DNA of 64,000 nucleotides from Amoebophrya sp. A120 (Eukaryota; Protista; Dinoflagellata), in the NCBI GenBank assembly GCA_905178155.1, contig CAJINV010000004.1, forward strand, positions 10,258,381-10,322,380, in the 5' to 3' direction. Position 1 is the stretch's first letter. The number at the start of each line of letters is the position of its first letter. Below the pieces are notes generated by a model, which searched no databases, had not been told where the DNA came from, and saw nothing but the letters and a program-made list of their open reading frames with translations. A program made the position numbers and the translations under genes. Shown here one piece after another: positions 47,264 to 58,879 of this stretch.

Positions 47264-48240
47264 GAGGAAAACACCAGGTCCAGGAAGCGCGAGATGATAA
47301 ATAACATCGGACTTTCGCGCATTTTTTATTTTTGCGGAAAACAAAACATCAAATCATTACCATTCTAGTTCGTGGAACAGAATAAAAATCGCGATCTGTA
47401 TAAACGAGAAAAAATAACACGCTCCACCACTTCACGGAGCTCGCAGTTGTTGCATCGTGTTTCGTTGATGTAACAGCCAACTTTTGATGTCTTGTCATGA
47501 TCTATCAGTAACCAAGTGATTTAGCTTCCCGTATATGATTTCATTTCAGATTCAGCCCGTTATAGCCTTGAAGTTGATGTATCTGAAACTGTATTGCAAC
47601 TGTAAAAATCAAACAACAGCATATGACCCAAGAATGAAGAACAACACACAGGCCGTTGTGTCTCCACACTCTTGTAAACGAGAAAAACGAATTTCTGTTT
47701 TGTTTTTTGTGAAGCGAGAAATGTTTTTTCCACGATGAGAAACAAGAAAAAGAAGCATGATTTCTCATGCGGAAATCAAATCCGAACTCGAACAATTCTC
47801 ATGAAAAACGAACAGTCTTTTGGGAATCTATCAACGCGAATCTTTGGCCAATCCTCGGAGTAATTTCTGAGTGTTCCGAAGATCCAACATTGGTGGAGAA
47901 CCTGAACTTACCCCATTTTGCCTACCCACCTCCATAAATAGTGGTAGCGCTTTATCTTTAACAGCCTTCGGTTTTGCGCACGGTAAAACTCTAAATTGTT
48001 AAAGAACAAAAGAAGTAGCCCAAATACCTCTTTAACGATCTTCGGTCTGTGTCACATATACGCGTATCTTGTTCGTTAAAGATTTAAGTTTTTTCGTCTT
48101 TAGTCGTATCTTCTTCTTCTTCTTGGGCGTACAATCTTCCTTATCGTACAACCAGTTTTCCAAAAGACTTGGGCCACTAGTTGATTGCCTATCGTGCCAC
48201 AACAACCTCTTCGTACATCGGTGGGGAGCAAATTTGGAAA

Positions 48241-48980
48241 ATGATGAACGGAAACAAACCGCAGGGGAACAGCAACAACATGCCAGACGACAAGAAGTAC
48301 GACCACCTTTTCAAAAAACAACCGGTCTTCAACGCCGAGGTGGACACGCTCACGGACTTCCGGAAGCGGTTCGCCGGGCCTGGCAGCTCCCCAGCACGCT
48401 CCTGGGCTTCCTGATGATCGCCAGCGCCGGGCTGGACGAGTCAGCGGAGCGACAACTGGTGGACCGGATTGCGAGGGAGACGACCGAAAACGAATCGGGA
48501 TTCGCTTCGCAAAACGTCAAGGCCCACCTGGAGACGTATTTTAAGCTGTCGCCCACCAAGGCGAAGCAGGACAGCAGTGACGGAACAGCTACCCACGCCA
48601 TGTACGGGTGGGGGTCACAGAACAACAGCGGGAAAGGATCCGGCCACCCGAAGTCCACCGCTACTACGCCTTTTTCGCCGCCCGGCCGCGCCGGAGCAAA
48701 GTGGTGCAAGTACCACGAGAAATACTGCAGTCACACGTCCTACGAGTGCAGTCTCAACCCCGCCAACAAAGGCAAGAAAGGTGCTGGCAAGCACCAGCAC
48801 CCGCCCTGCTCCCGGTCGGCCGCGCGCTCTTTGGTAGCGAAAACAGAGCCATCTGCTTGACCGCCTCCAGTGTGTCTCGCCGTCGTACGGCGGCCGCGCT
48901 CTTGCTCATCCCCCGGCCGCGCTCTTGCTCAGTCGCACCGGTCCACGTCGCGGAGGAGAAAGTCGTACCCGACAACGGTG
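48241..48980 (+). pseudogene. degenerate retrotransposon gag(-protease)-like remnant
   Basis: three frames; LPSTLLGFLMIASAGL, knuckle-like WCKYHEKYCSHTSYEC, then VVPDNG resembling an aspartic-protease D-x-G site. Confidence 0.45.
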
Positions 48981-49058
48981 TATTCTGTGCAAAAGTATCG
49001 CATTCGTATAAATGCAAGTCTTGCATTACAAAGTCTATCGCATTCGTATAAATGCAGG
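48981..49058. mobile_element. truncated family-F introner (left arm only, partly duplicated)
   Basis: tattctgtgcaaaagtatcgcattcgtataaatgca, with tatcgcattcgtataaatgca present twice; no right arm found. Confidence 0.75.
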
Positions 49059-50516
49059 TCTACTTCCTGCTGATGACCCAAGAATGAAGAACAACACACA
49101 GGCCGTCACCTATGCCTGCGACCGCCTGAGCCTGACTCGACCTTTCAAAATGTAATACTTGATGCGTCTTGAGTTTCGCCTTCGCTCCTTTCTTTTGACA
49201 TTTTTCAAATTTTTTGTTTCGCACTTCTACCGGCGCCGCTCCCTCTTCAGTTGACACTGCTTTGAGTTCTGTGGTCAGTTCATTCAGACACGGCTCCGAA
49301 CCTTAACCTTCTCTCCTCCTAAACACTATTCTGTTTTTTTGTGCATCACACTACATGGTACCGAAACAATACCGACACAAACAGAAAACCTAAAGAACGG
49401 AGATGCGTATGCGAGTTCCAGAACTAAATTACTGACCAAAAAGAAGGTGGTGCACCAATACGACGAGAGGCATGATTTTGTGTAAATCTGTTTTGGATTC
49501 GAGGTCAGTCCTTGTTCGCCTTCCTGGCCTAAACTTCTCAAATGCAAGCTGTAGATCTGCACTACCTTTTCAAAGTCAAACACAGCAGGATAACCACAAC
49601 AAGCTCATGCGAGATGCGGGTCTTCTGATTTCTTACCGATATGCGCTTTTTTTGCGCTTGCTAGAGACCATGCCATGTTCTTTCATTTTGTTTTTGCTTC
49701 AAGGAAAAGCAAAAGAATGTATCTCTGGACAGCACAAGAGCTAGAAAATTCGAAAAGAACTTCTAGAAAAGAGAAATGATGGGTTTTTTCTTGTAAAACG
49801 AAGTAAAGGCGCAAAGGCTTAACTGCTATCGCCTCTTGGGTTACCGTCGAGCAGCCGTACCACTATCTGCGTCGAAAATGCAAGGGCAAATAGTATCCTT
49901 GTTCACCTTGTTCACGTTCACTACAACTTGTCAAGATCACGCATTTTGCGCCGGCAACATAAACTACGGATCATGGATCAAGGCCAGCACACACAAATCA
50001 CGGAGAGATTATGAGCGTTGATATGCAGCGAAGAAGCCGAGGCTTCCAAACAAGACCGAAAGAAAACGGCCCACGGGTACGAGACACATCATCCGATGTC
50101 GTCGTATCGCGCCCTCCCCCGTCGAGAGGCGCGGTAGCTCGCTTTTTTTTTCTCGAAAAATCTGGTTTCTCTTTAACCCTGGTCCATCCATTTCCATGAT
50201 ATGTGAAGATTGTGACCACATTGGGTGTAGATAACCGATTTTCATCAGATCAGCGACGCTACCACGTGGAAGGAGGATAAAAGGACAATGTGATGCTCTC
50301 TTCAAGAGTGCAAAATTTTTCTGATCGTGACGATCTCGATCACGAGTACGACCTTCACCTTGGAAGATGAGTATACTACAACTAAGCACGGTTTTGAAAA
50401 ATGTTGTACAACTTCTTCTTTAACCGCCTCTGCAAGCAGTGAATTGCGTGCGCAGCACCAGCCGCCGCGAGCTCCTGCTTCCAGCTCCTGCCCGGACGAA
50501 CACCCTTCACCACAAG

Positions 50517-52682
50517 ATGAACGCGGCAGAGTTCGAGCAGCGCCGCCTGAAATTCTTCGAGAATGTGGCGGCTGCCGGGCTGGACCCCAAGAACCTGCGC
50601 GTCGGCGGCGAGCGGTTGCAGAAGAAAAAAAAAGTTCGGATGTCCAAACTCAAAAAGCTGATCCAGCTAGATCAGTACGAGGCCGCGGAAACCGAGCGGG
50701 AGCGGCTGCGGAATCTGTATTCTGTCCGCGACACACCAATGTTCCGGCCCTTTTCAATACACAGGGCAGATGAACAAGATACTTCCAGCATTGCGGACGC
50801 CGAAGATGCTCATCCGGTGGAAAGTTCGAATTGCAATAAACTAGAAAGCCTGACACTATTTCCTCCTGTTGGTCAGCTGCAGCAGACTCGAAGCGTCGAC
50901 CCTTTCGCATTCTCGTTTTCCATTCGGGAGCTGCTCGAAGCCGACGCGGACGCGGCGGAACTGCTGCACAGCAGCGGGACGGAGGCAGAAGGCGACAGTG
51001 GCAGTGCAGCAGGAGATAAAAAGACACATCATAAAGGCGATCCTAGAGTTGAAGAGAACCCAGTGGAAACTGCTACTTCCGGGTCTCTACCGTCGAAAGC
51101 CCTTGGTGTAGCAGCAAGTCCAGTGGCGGAAAGAACTGCAACTGGGGCGGAAAAGGCGAAGCAAGGTCAGAAAGGGAGCCCAACACCAAACGGACTGGCC
51201 ATGCCATCGGACCAAGAGTGGAGCGACGCGTTTCGAGCAGAGTGCCGCCTGCTTTTCGAAGATATCAAAGAGCACAGCGCAGTAGCTGGAGGACACCAAG
51301 ACGTTGGCAACACCGAAAAAGAAATAAAGCCGGGAAGTTTATCCTCCAGTGCTGCTGACACTCACGAAGGGTCATCTGCTGTTGCAGCAAGTCAACAAGG
51401 AGTTGTGGCTCATCAAAGGAGGTACAAGACGCTCCAGCTCCCGTCCTGGGCGCTCCAACTCGGTGGACAGTCTCGACCTCTTGCGGGATCGACAACCCCA
51501 GGGGACGAGACTTCAACTGTCACAGCTGCATTGCCGCCGGAACAAACACCCCCTCCTCGCGAATGGGAATGGGTTCAAGAAGCTTACGCGGACATGTTTC
51601 ATCTGCCATTGCAAGATCAAACTTCTAGCGGCAATAGACCCACAGGCGGCAAGGGAAGTAAGGCTGCCGCGGCTTCTAGTGCAGGTACTTCGTCCAGCAG
51701 CAAAGCTCCTTCAACAAGTCAACCACCCCCAGCGACCATTTGGAACCACCAGCCCTTTTTCGAATACCGACTCCACCGTAACGACAAGAACTTCTATACG
51801 ACAGGGGATAAACCACACCTCGAAGGCGGAAATAACCTCCCGGGCAAAGGAAATAAATCGCACTTTGCAGCATCCTCATCCTCGTCCGCCCCGGCGCCAC
51901 CAGCGACTTCTAATTATCACAGCAACAATATTCTCCGAATCCGGCACTACGTGCACGCGCTGATTTCCGAGGATTTGAATGAAAAGGTGAAAAACATGTT
52001 GCTTCAGCTTAACATGTACCAGGAGCGCGTGAAGGAGTCCAATCCGATGAAATTTGCGAAGCAGAAACGGCTCGTGCTGGGGCTCCGCGAAATTGCCCGT
52101 GCGTTGAAGCGCGAAAAACTGCTCGGCATGATCGTGGCGCCGGACCTGGAATCCAGCGCCCGCGGGCTGGACCAAACGGTAGAGGACATGATGGAGCAGT
52201 GCCGCAGCCAGAACTTGCCGATCGTGTTTGCGCTGACGCGGCGCAGCTTGGGCTTCACGCTGAAGAGACTGCGGGACAGCAACGGGGTTGCTGCGGTCGG
52301 GCTGCTCTCCGTGGAGGGTCAGAACCGCTATCAAATGCAAAAATGCCTGGGTCTGGAAGATTTGAACTTGTCATGCTAAATCTAAATGATGCAAAATTCT
52401 GTGTTGCGTGAGTGCCAAAAGCTGTCGGCTTTTGACCAAGTTGCGAGGGAGTTTCTCATGCAGGAAAGGCATGATAGAGACCTCAAAGAATCTGTCATGC
52501 TGGGTCTCGCATTCCACACCTCATGGGTCATGGAAAACCTGCATCACAAATCTTGCATTCTTCCCGACCCAGACATTTTTACATTTTATAACCGCGAGTG
52601 GCGGGCGATCTGCAAGCAGAGCGAGGAACTGCGCGCGGCCTGGGTCATGCAGCAAATGGGGGGTGGAGGGGGGATCATGTGA
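50517..52682 (+). CDS. SECISBP2: SECIS-binding protein 2 (L7Ae domain); 2 exons
   Basis: KKKKVRMSKLKKLI; IRHYV..LLQLNMYQER..NPMKFAKQKRLVLGLRE..IVAPDLE..GLD..PIVFALTRRSLG. Confidence 0.85.
52329..52590. mobile_element. introner family A (reverse of the 10783 copy)
   Basis: DR accgc; removing 267 nt gives EGQNREWRAI. Confidence 0.9.
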
Positions 52683-54088
52683 GAATCATGATCATCCAGA
52701 AAGAGGTGTTCCTGTTTTGGATGGTTGTAAGAACACCCCGCGCACGATCATCTTGTTGTGTCTCAGCTCGTAATATCCCACCTGTACAGAGCTACGCCAG
52801 GTGCCTGAGTCTCTGCTCCAGGTTTCTGTTTATACAAGAAAGACAAACTACAGTGCCCCCACATGTGAAAGTGAATGAGGCAAAGGCACTTTTGAAATAA
52901 TTTGAATTTCAAGCGACAGCAGCACGCGGAAATAAAAGCGACGAGACATCAACCCCGAATCCTAAATCCTAAACCCTCCGGTGTCGTTGAGGCTTCGGGT
53001 CTGCCCAACTTGGCTTTTGTTCCCCTTTTCCTTGATGCGGTCGAAACTGGGAATGACAGAACGATCTCCTAGTTTTTTGTCTCTTGTTTGCTGGAACTGC
53101 ACGAAGATCCATATCCATTATGGAAAGGTTCATCTTCCGCGCTGAAGCATGTATGTTGCGCGAGGACTAATTGAGATCTCGATTTATTAAGTTGCACCAT
53201 GCTATTCCCGTACTAATCAACTCATCCGATCTGTAGTACGTCTTCAGCTTGAGCTTCACGATTTCCGTGCACAGGAGAAGCCGACTCGCAAAAATAGCTC
53301 AGAATATTGCATACCTTTTCGAAGTCGTAGAGGTGGATCAAAAAGCGGTGGATCAATTTTAGCAACCATCATTCGTTTCCGCAATAGGACCTTGCAGGCC
53401 ACAGAGCTGCACGAGATCATTTTGTTTTTCGGTATAATTCCATTTGCAAGAAGAAGGCATTTCTTATTTTCCGGGCTCTTTTACTATTGTTTGCAGGACA
53501 GTCACAGTACTCAGTGACCACATAAGACTCGAGGTTCTTTCACTTACAGTCGCCACTGTATTTCGATTTTTGATAATTACGGAATCGGCGTGAGCAGTCG
53601 ACTTTTGTTTTTCACCTGCTTGTGCTTGAGATTTATGTCTCCTCTCGTCACAATTGTTGTCGGTCTCGAGCACATTTTGTTGATGTGAACAGTTTTGTTA
53701 CTTTAAGGTTTTCTTTTTGCACGCTAGGTGGACGTCGCACCTCTAAAACGAAAACCACCTTACCTGTATGCATTTTATAAGAAGTACCTTCCCGTACTGG
53801 TACTAACGGAGCCTTCGATGTTGAATTCATTTATTCGAAAAGGCACTTTATGCTTTATTTGCGCCAACGGAGCAAGATCGCTTTCTTCCTTTTGCTTCGT
53901 TTTTTTTCTCTTTAAAGTCGCCGAATTCTTCACGTTGATCCAACGCTATCGGGCCGCCCTCCTGAAACTTGTGCATATGTTTTGAGTTTATTTCCGCTAC
54001 TTCGCTGCTAAAAAACCGTTGTTTTCGAGCTACCACTCGTTGTTACAACTAGAAAAAACGCCAAGTGTACTACATTACAAGCGCCAGC

Positions 54089-57000
54089 ATGTTGGCGTTC
54101 TTCCATTTCAGTTTTACTACATTCGTCCTCGCGGGTGCCTTTGCCCGACTCGCTCTCGGCGCCCGTGTAGGATCTTGGACACAGCCGGTAGGCGGGGCGG
54201 CGGGGCCCAACACAGATGTTGAAGTTCCTGCACCGACGCAGCAAGAAGTCCCCGGACACGTAGATGAAGTCGCCCACGAGCTGCAGGGCGGACAGCACGA
54301 CCGGCAGGTGGAACATAACCAAGTACACGCACACCAGGCCCAGCCTACAAACCTTTCCACAGTAGAGGAGCTGCAACAACAGGAACAATTGTCGTCGTGC
54401 AAAGGATGGTTCTTGCCGCACTGCAGATCCTCACGCCGGTACGCAGAAGATCAACATCCTTCAAGCTCTGCGCGCGCAAGAAATGAAGGAGCAGAACAGG
54501 TCGCACCAAAACGTCATACGCAAGAAGATCAAACTGAGTTTGGCCAACCGTCTTCACCTGTTCCGCAGCTTCCATCTGACTTGTTCGTCGTCCCAGGTGT
54601 GCCTTTTCGCAACTTCAGCCAAGAACAGGGCTTCTTTCATCCCATGTTGATGCAGGAACGAATGACGAGCCACAGTACCAGGGATGATTTTTCGGCTGCT
54701 GCTGCCCAGCCGGTGGTCCAGCAACAGCAGCAGCAGCGGCAGGAGAGTTTTTCTGTGCCGGCGCAGCAGGTCCAGCATGGCTACAACACTCGACACGCTT
54801 GCAATCAACCCGGGTTTATTACTGCTGATGGCTCTGCAGCTGCGGGCCAGCAAGATGAGCAAGGACAACAACTACAGCAGCAACTGCAAGTTCCCCACCA
54901 GCAACAGATCTTTCCTTGCGCCGTGGTTCTGATGGGCATCCCCATCCCGGATCCGCCCCCGTATATGGGAAACGATCCCCAGCTCCAGCACAACCTTCTG
55001 CAGCTTCAAGAAATAAGCGAACAGCAGGAAAGTGGTGGCACTGCCAACTTCAACTTGTCCTTCGAGGACCATAGTCAACAACATCCTGGACGGCCCGATG
55101 CACAGCAGAATTGTTCTACGACTAATTTGTTCCAGCGACAATGCTCGTCGCAGTCCCAGATATCGGCTGGGAGCGCAGCAGCTTCAGAAGGTGGAAATTT
55201 TTATAGCGGTCCACAAACAGGTTGTGGGATGCGAAGCGATCTGTTGCAACTCGACCAACTCGCGGAGGAGGTGAAAAGGCAGCTAACGCTCGGAGGCGCA
55301 ATGGCGGAGAGCGGCGGTAGTGCACAACGGGCCCCAGAAGGAAATATCAACGACATGAGTAGGCCACAGGCCACCACGAGCACAACGGTGGCGCCGGGGG
55401 CTCCTGCACCTCAGCATGATAATTGTCCGGTTTTTTATCAGCAACAGCAGACTCAGTTCCACATTTTTCCGCCAGCGTCAAACATTTTTCCTGTGCAGCA
55501 GCAACAGGCAACTACGCAAGGCACACAGCAGCACCAGCCATCTCAGAATTTTCAAGTGCCAAGGTCGCAAGAACATGCAGCACAGCAGTATGCTGCTGCC
55601 CCAATGGTCGCAGCTAACTCTTCAAGTACTTGCCTGCAACAAGGCGTAGTGGTCCACCCGGGAATTGTGAACGCCTGTGCTGGTCCGCCTCCCGCTCCCG
55701 CCCTTGGTCACCAGTACGTGTATGTGATGCAAGTCGCTCCTTCGAGCGCGATGTCGCATCACAGCTTCTTATCGTCTTCCGCTGCTGGCACGGAAGATAG
55801 TAGCTGCTGTGCCAGCAGCAGCGCACCAGCCCTCGGGTCAACCTCGTCCGCGCCGGCATCTTCAGAACCCCTGTCTCCGGTACTAGGGCCACCGGATAAA
55901 CAACTGCAGCGCCAGCAACTAGTGGAAGCAGCGCTAGGTAACGATGAACGCCGACCCCGTTGTGGTACTGGTCCTCCGATAGCAACGGCCCATGCCCTGC
56001 CCTGCGCGCAAACCGGCAAACCTCGGGCACAGTTGCATTTTCCCTCGCAAAAATTTGACATTGGGGTCATGTCCGAGGCCAAACGCGAAAAGTTGAGAAA
56101 CCTGCCACTGCAAATGCCCCTCATGCTCGACAAGAGGAGGGATAGTTGGACGACCACGCCGGGAACATCAGATCCAGGAGCTGCTTCGTCGGCCGGAGCG
56201 CTTGCCGCTGCACCTGGAACTTCTACACGAAGAGCAACGGCCGCCACAGAAGGCGCTACAACTACTTCGTACCAAGGACAATCTCTTTGCTCCGGGAGTA
56301 ACTGCGTCAAACTGGTTTCCAAGGGTTCGGTCGGCCACCCCCGAACCTGCGCGCCGCCGTTATGGCGTCCTCAACTGTTACATTCTCAACTGTTACACGA
56401 TTTGTCATGCAAATTTACCACCAAGATCGCCACGATTAAGCTGCTTCGCATGACAGATATCCGAAGGGCTACACAGCATGGAAATCTGTGCCAAATCTGT
56501 AATGCAAAAGGCGCAAGCTTGTCCCTTTGCCTTTGCTTTCACTTTTGCCGTTCTTGCATTACAAATTCGTGTAACAGTTGAGAATGTAACACTTGAGAAC
56601 GTCATAGCCGTGCCCCTTTCACGACCAGTGTCTGCGGGGGGCCAACTGCGACTTTTGCCACGAGTGCTGGCCGAACCAGCTGCAGGAGCGGGAATACACG
56701 ATCCCACGACAAATGATTTCGCGCGGATCCGCCTCCGAGCCGGCCGCCCGGTTTCACACGATGGGGTGCAGCTGCCAGAACGTCTGCCCCTACCAAGATT
56801 GTGACCTCGGGGTGGACTGCGAGATGTGCCACTGGTGCTTGCCAAACGAGTGGCAACTGAAACACGAGCAGAGTTACCGCTTGGAACTGCCCATCAAACC
56901 GCTGCCGAAGCGTGAGTCGAAGGGTAACAAGGCTAGTGGCGGTAGTTCTTCTTCGTCTTCTTGCCGTCGTCCTGACGCGGCGGTCGTGCTCGCGGAAAAG

Positions 57001-58349
57001 AAGCAGAAAAAGAACATCATTGCTTCTACTTCATCATGTTCTTCTCACGCCGCACCGCCGGACGGAAAGTTATCTGATGCTCGGACGGATGGCGGCGCAG
57101 AGGCTGGTGTTGCTGCTGCAACTTCGAGAGAAAAAGGACGACAAGAGGAGCAGCAAAATTCTTGTACATTTGCAGAAGATGTTGCTGCCGAAAACGAGCT
57201 GGTAATAAAGAAGATGGCAGGAAGCCTTGCACCCTCAAAAGATGATCCAGCTGTAACGTATGAAGAAGACCACACTGACGATCGTACGACACAGGGCTGC
57301 AAGGCTGTCGACGGCGTCAACAAGTCACGCACTTCTGGTAAAGCTGAGGACCAAGGAACCGCTCCTGGAGGACCTCCTGTAGCACTACAAGCGGACGGAC
57401 GAGTGCCGGTGTCTTTCCCAGAAGCCGCAGCCGCGGTGCAATCCCGAGTACTACAGCTGCAGAAGAACCAAATGGCGAACCAAATAAAGAACCAAGATGG
57501 CCGCGGTAAGAAAGGTGGCACCAGCAGGCGCGGCGGCACAGACACCGCCTCCTCCCAAAGTGCCGCTAGCTTCCTGTCCGCGCGAAGCCAGGATAAGAAA
57601 GTACAAAAAACGACCACCGATATCGATGTACCGCCAGCAGCAGGCCCTGGTCCCGCTGTTGAGACCGCTAGTAAAAAACCCTGTACGACTGCAAAACGCC
57701 CAGCAGCCCGGGGAGGTAAGATTTTTTCCACAGCTTTTTAGGCTTGTTTGGCAGAAAGCCTGTAAGTAGGAAAGACAAGCAAAGAAGATGATGGTGGTGC
57801 ATGTTTTTTCTCGTAAAAAATAGAATCATCTTCTGTGACTCTTTGCAAAAAAATCACCATCTTCTCCCAGCGCCGGATGCCTGGGTAGCCACGAACTCCA
57901 AGTCATCTGTTTGTGAGCAGCCCACGACTACGCCAGCTGCACAACCTCGGCCCCGCAAACCGCCACACCAAGTGCAAGCAGATGAGTTTTGCGTGGATTC
58001 TGCTGCCTTCCCGCCGTTAGCACCTTCACGAGGAAACAAGGCTTCTTGTGCCTCACCGGCCTCGACGTCTGCGACGACGTGGTCCTGCAAAATAGAAAGC
58101 ACTGACTTGAAACCAGTGCGCAAGATTTCTAGCACCAGCACGATGTTGGGAAGCGCTTCTAGCTGGACCACCTGCTCCCCGGCCAGGGACCAATCGCCAC
58201 CCGGCCAAGAAATGGCAGAGGACCCAGACGCAGAACGAGAACAAGTGGCACTATTGTTACGAGACAAAAGCCCAATCCCGGTGATGCGATGGTGCGACGC
58301 TGTGGAAGATGCGAAGGCATGTGGCGAGGCCGGCAATAGTGTAAAGTAA
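54089..58349 (+). CDS. Q-rich protein with two SxGS..H..C..C..C..CH (CCCH-type) zinc-finger modules; 3 exons
   Basis: SKGSVGHPRTCAPP|CPFHDQCLRGANCDFCH restored across the introner; GT-AG intron 57716-57870 is frame-consistent. Confidence 0.75.
56361..56606. mobile_element. introner family B (reverse of 12482 and 22503)
   Basis: DR gccgt; 251 nt. Confidence 0.9.
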
Positions 58350-58879
58350 AAAATCACGGCGAGGCGCGGCCATGGCCTGCATCAATTAATATTTTCCTGG
58401 TCGCGCCGTGGTGTGCTGCACGCGAAATTCCAATTCTTATGTTGGATAGGATTCCAATGAAAAGCTTCTACAACTACTTTGAATCACACCCTAAATCCGA
58501 CCGATTAGGCAGCTATTGTTCATGTTGATAAAAAAAGATACAAAACCTTGTGCACTAGCTCTATTGCAACGAAATAATTGCAAAAATACTATTACAAGAG
58601 ACAATCACAACCACAACCAACCATGGTGGACCACGGAGTGATTATTTGCAAATTACGTATTCATACATTATCGCACGCTACGGATTACAGACAGGATGAA
58701 AATTATCGCGCGCTACGGAACATTTCTCTTGTGGAAGCGGATTGATTTTCTCGCGATCACATACCACAAATAACGATGAATGAAGGCCATGTCCAGTTCA
58801 TTGTTCAGACACCTGAGGAACCAACACAATCCACCACGGGTTTTGCCACGGGTTTTGTTGAATGATCCTGATCCAGAAA

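Larger units (their letters stand above)
47623..49106. repeat. 34-bp perfect direct repeat at 47623-47656 and 49073-49106
   Basis: atgacccaagaatgaagaacaacacacaggccgt. Confidence 0.9.

Noticed and set aside
10783-52590. Introners as coding for a small protein or transposase
   Set aside because: They are too short and frames are not conserved between copies; no transposase was recognised anywhere in the window.
52950-52978. Telomere-like cctaaatcctaaaccct
   Set aside because: Only 2-3 degenerate units.
3444-57731. Numerous minus-strand ORFs of 100-270 aa
   Set aside because: They are antisense shadows of + strand genes or introner translations (recurring CKxVWVWK, KNVPTP, QKYR peptides) with no domains.
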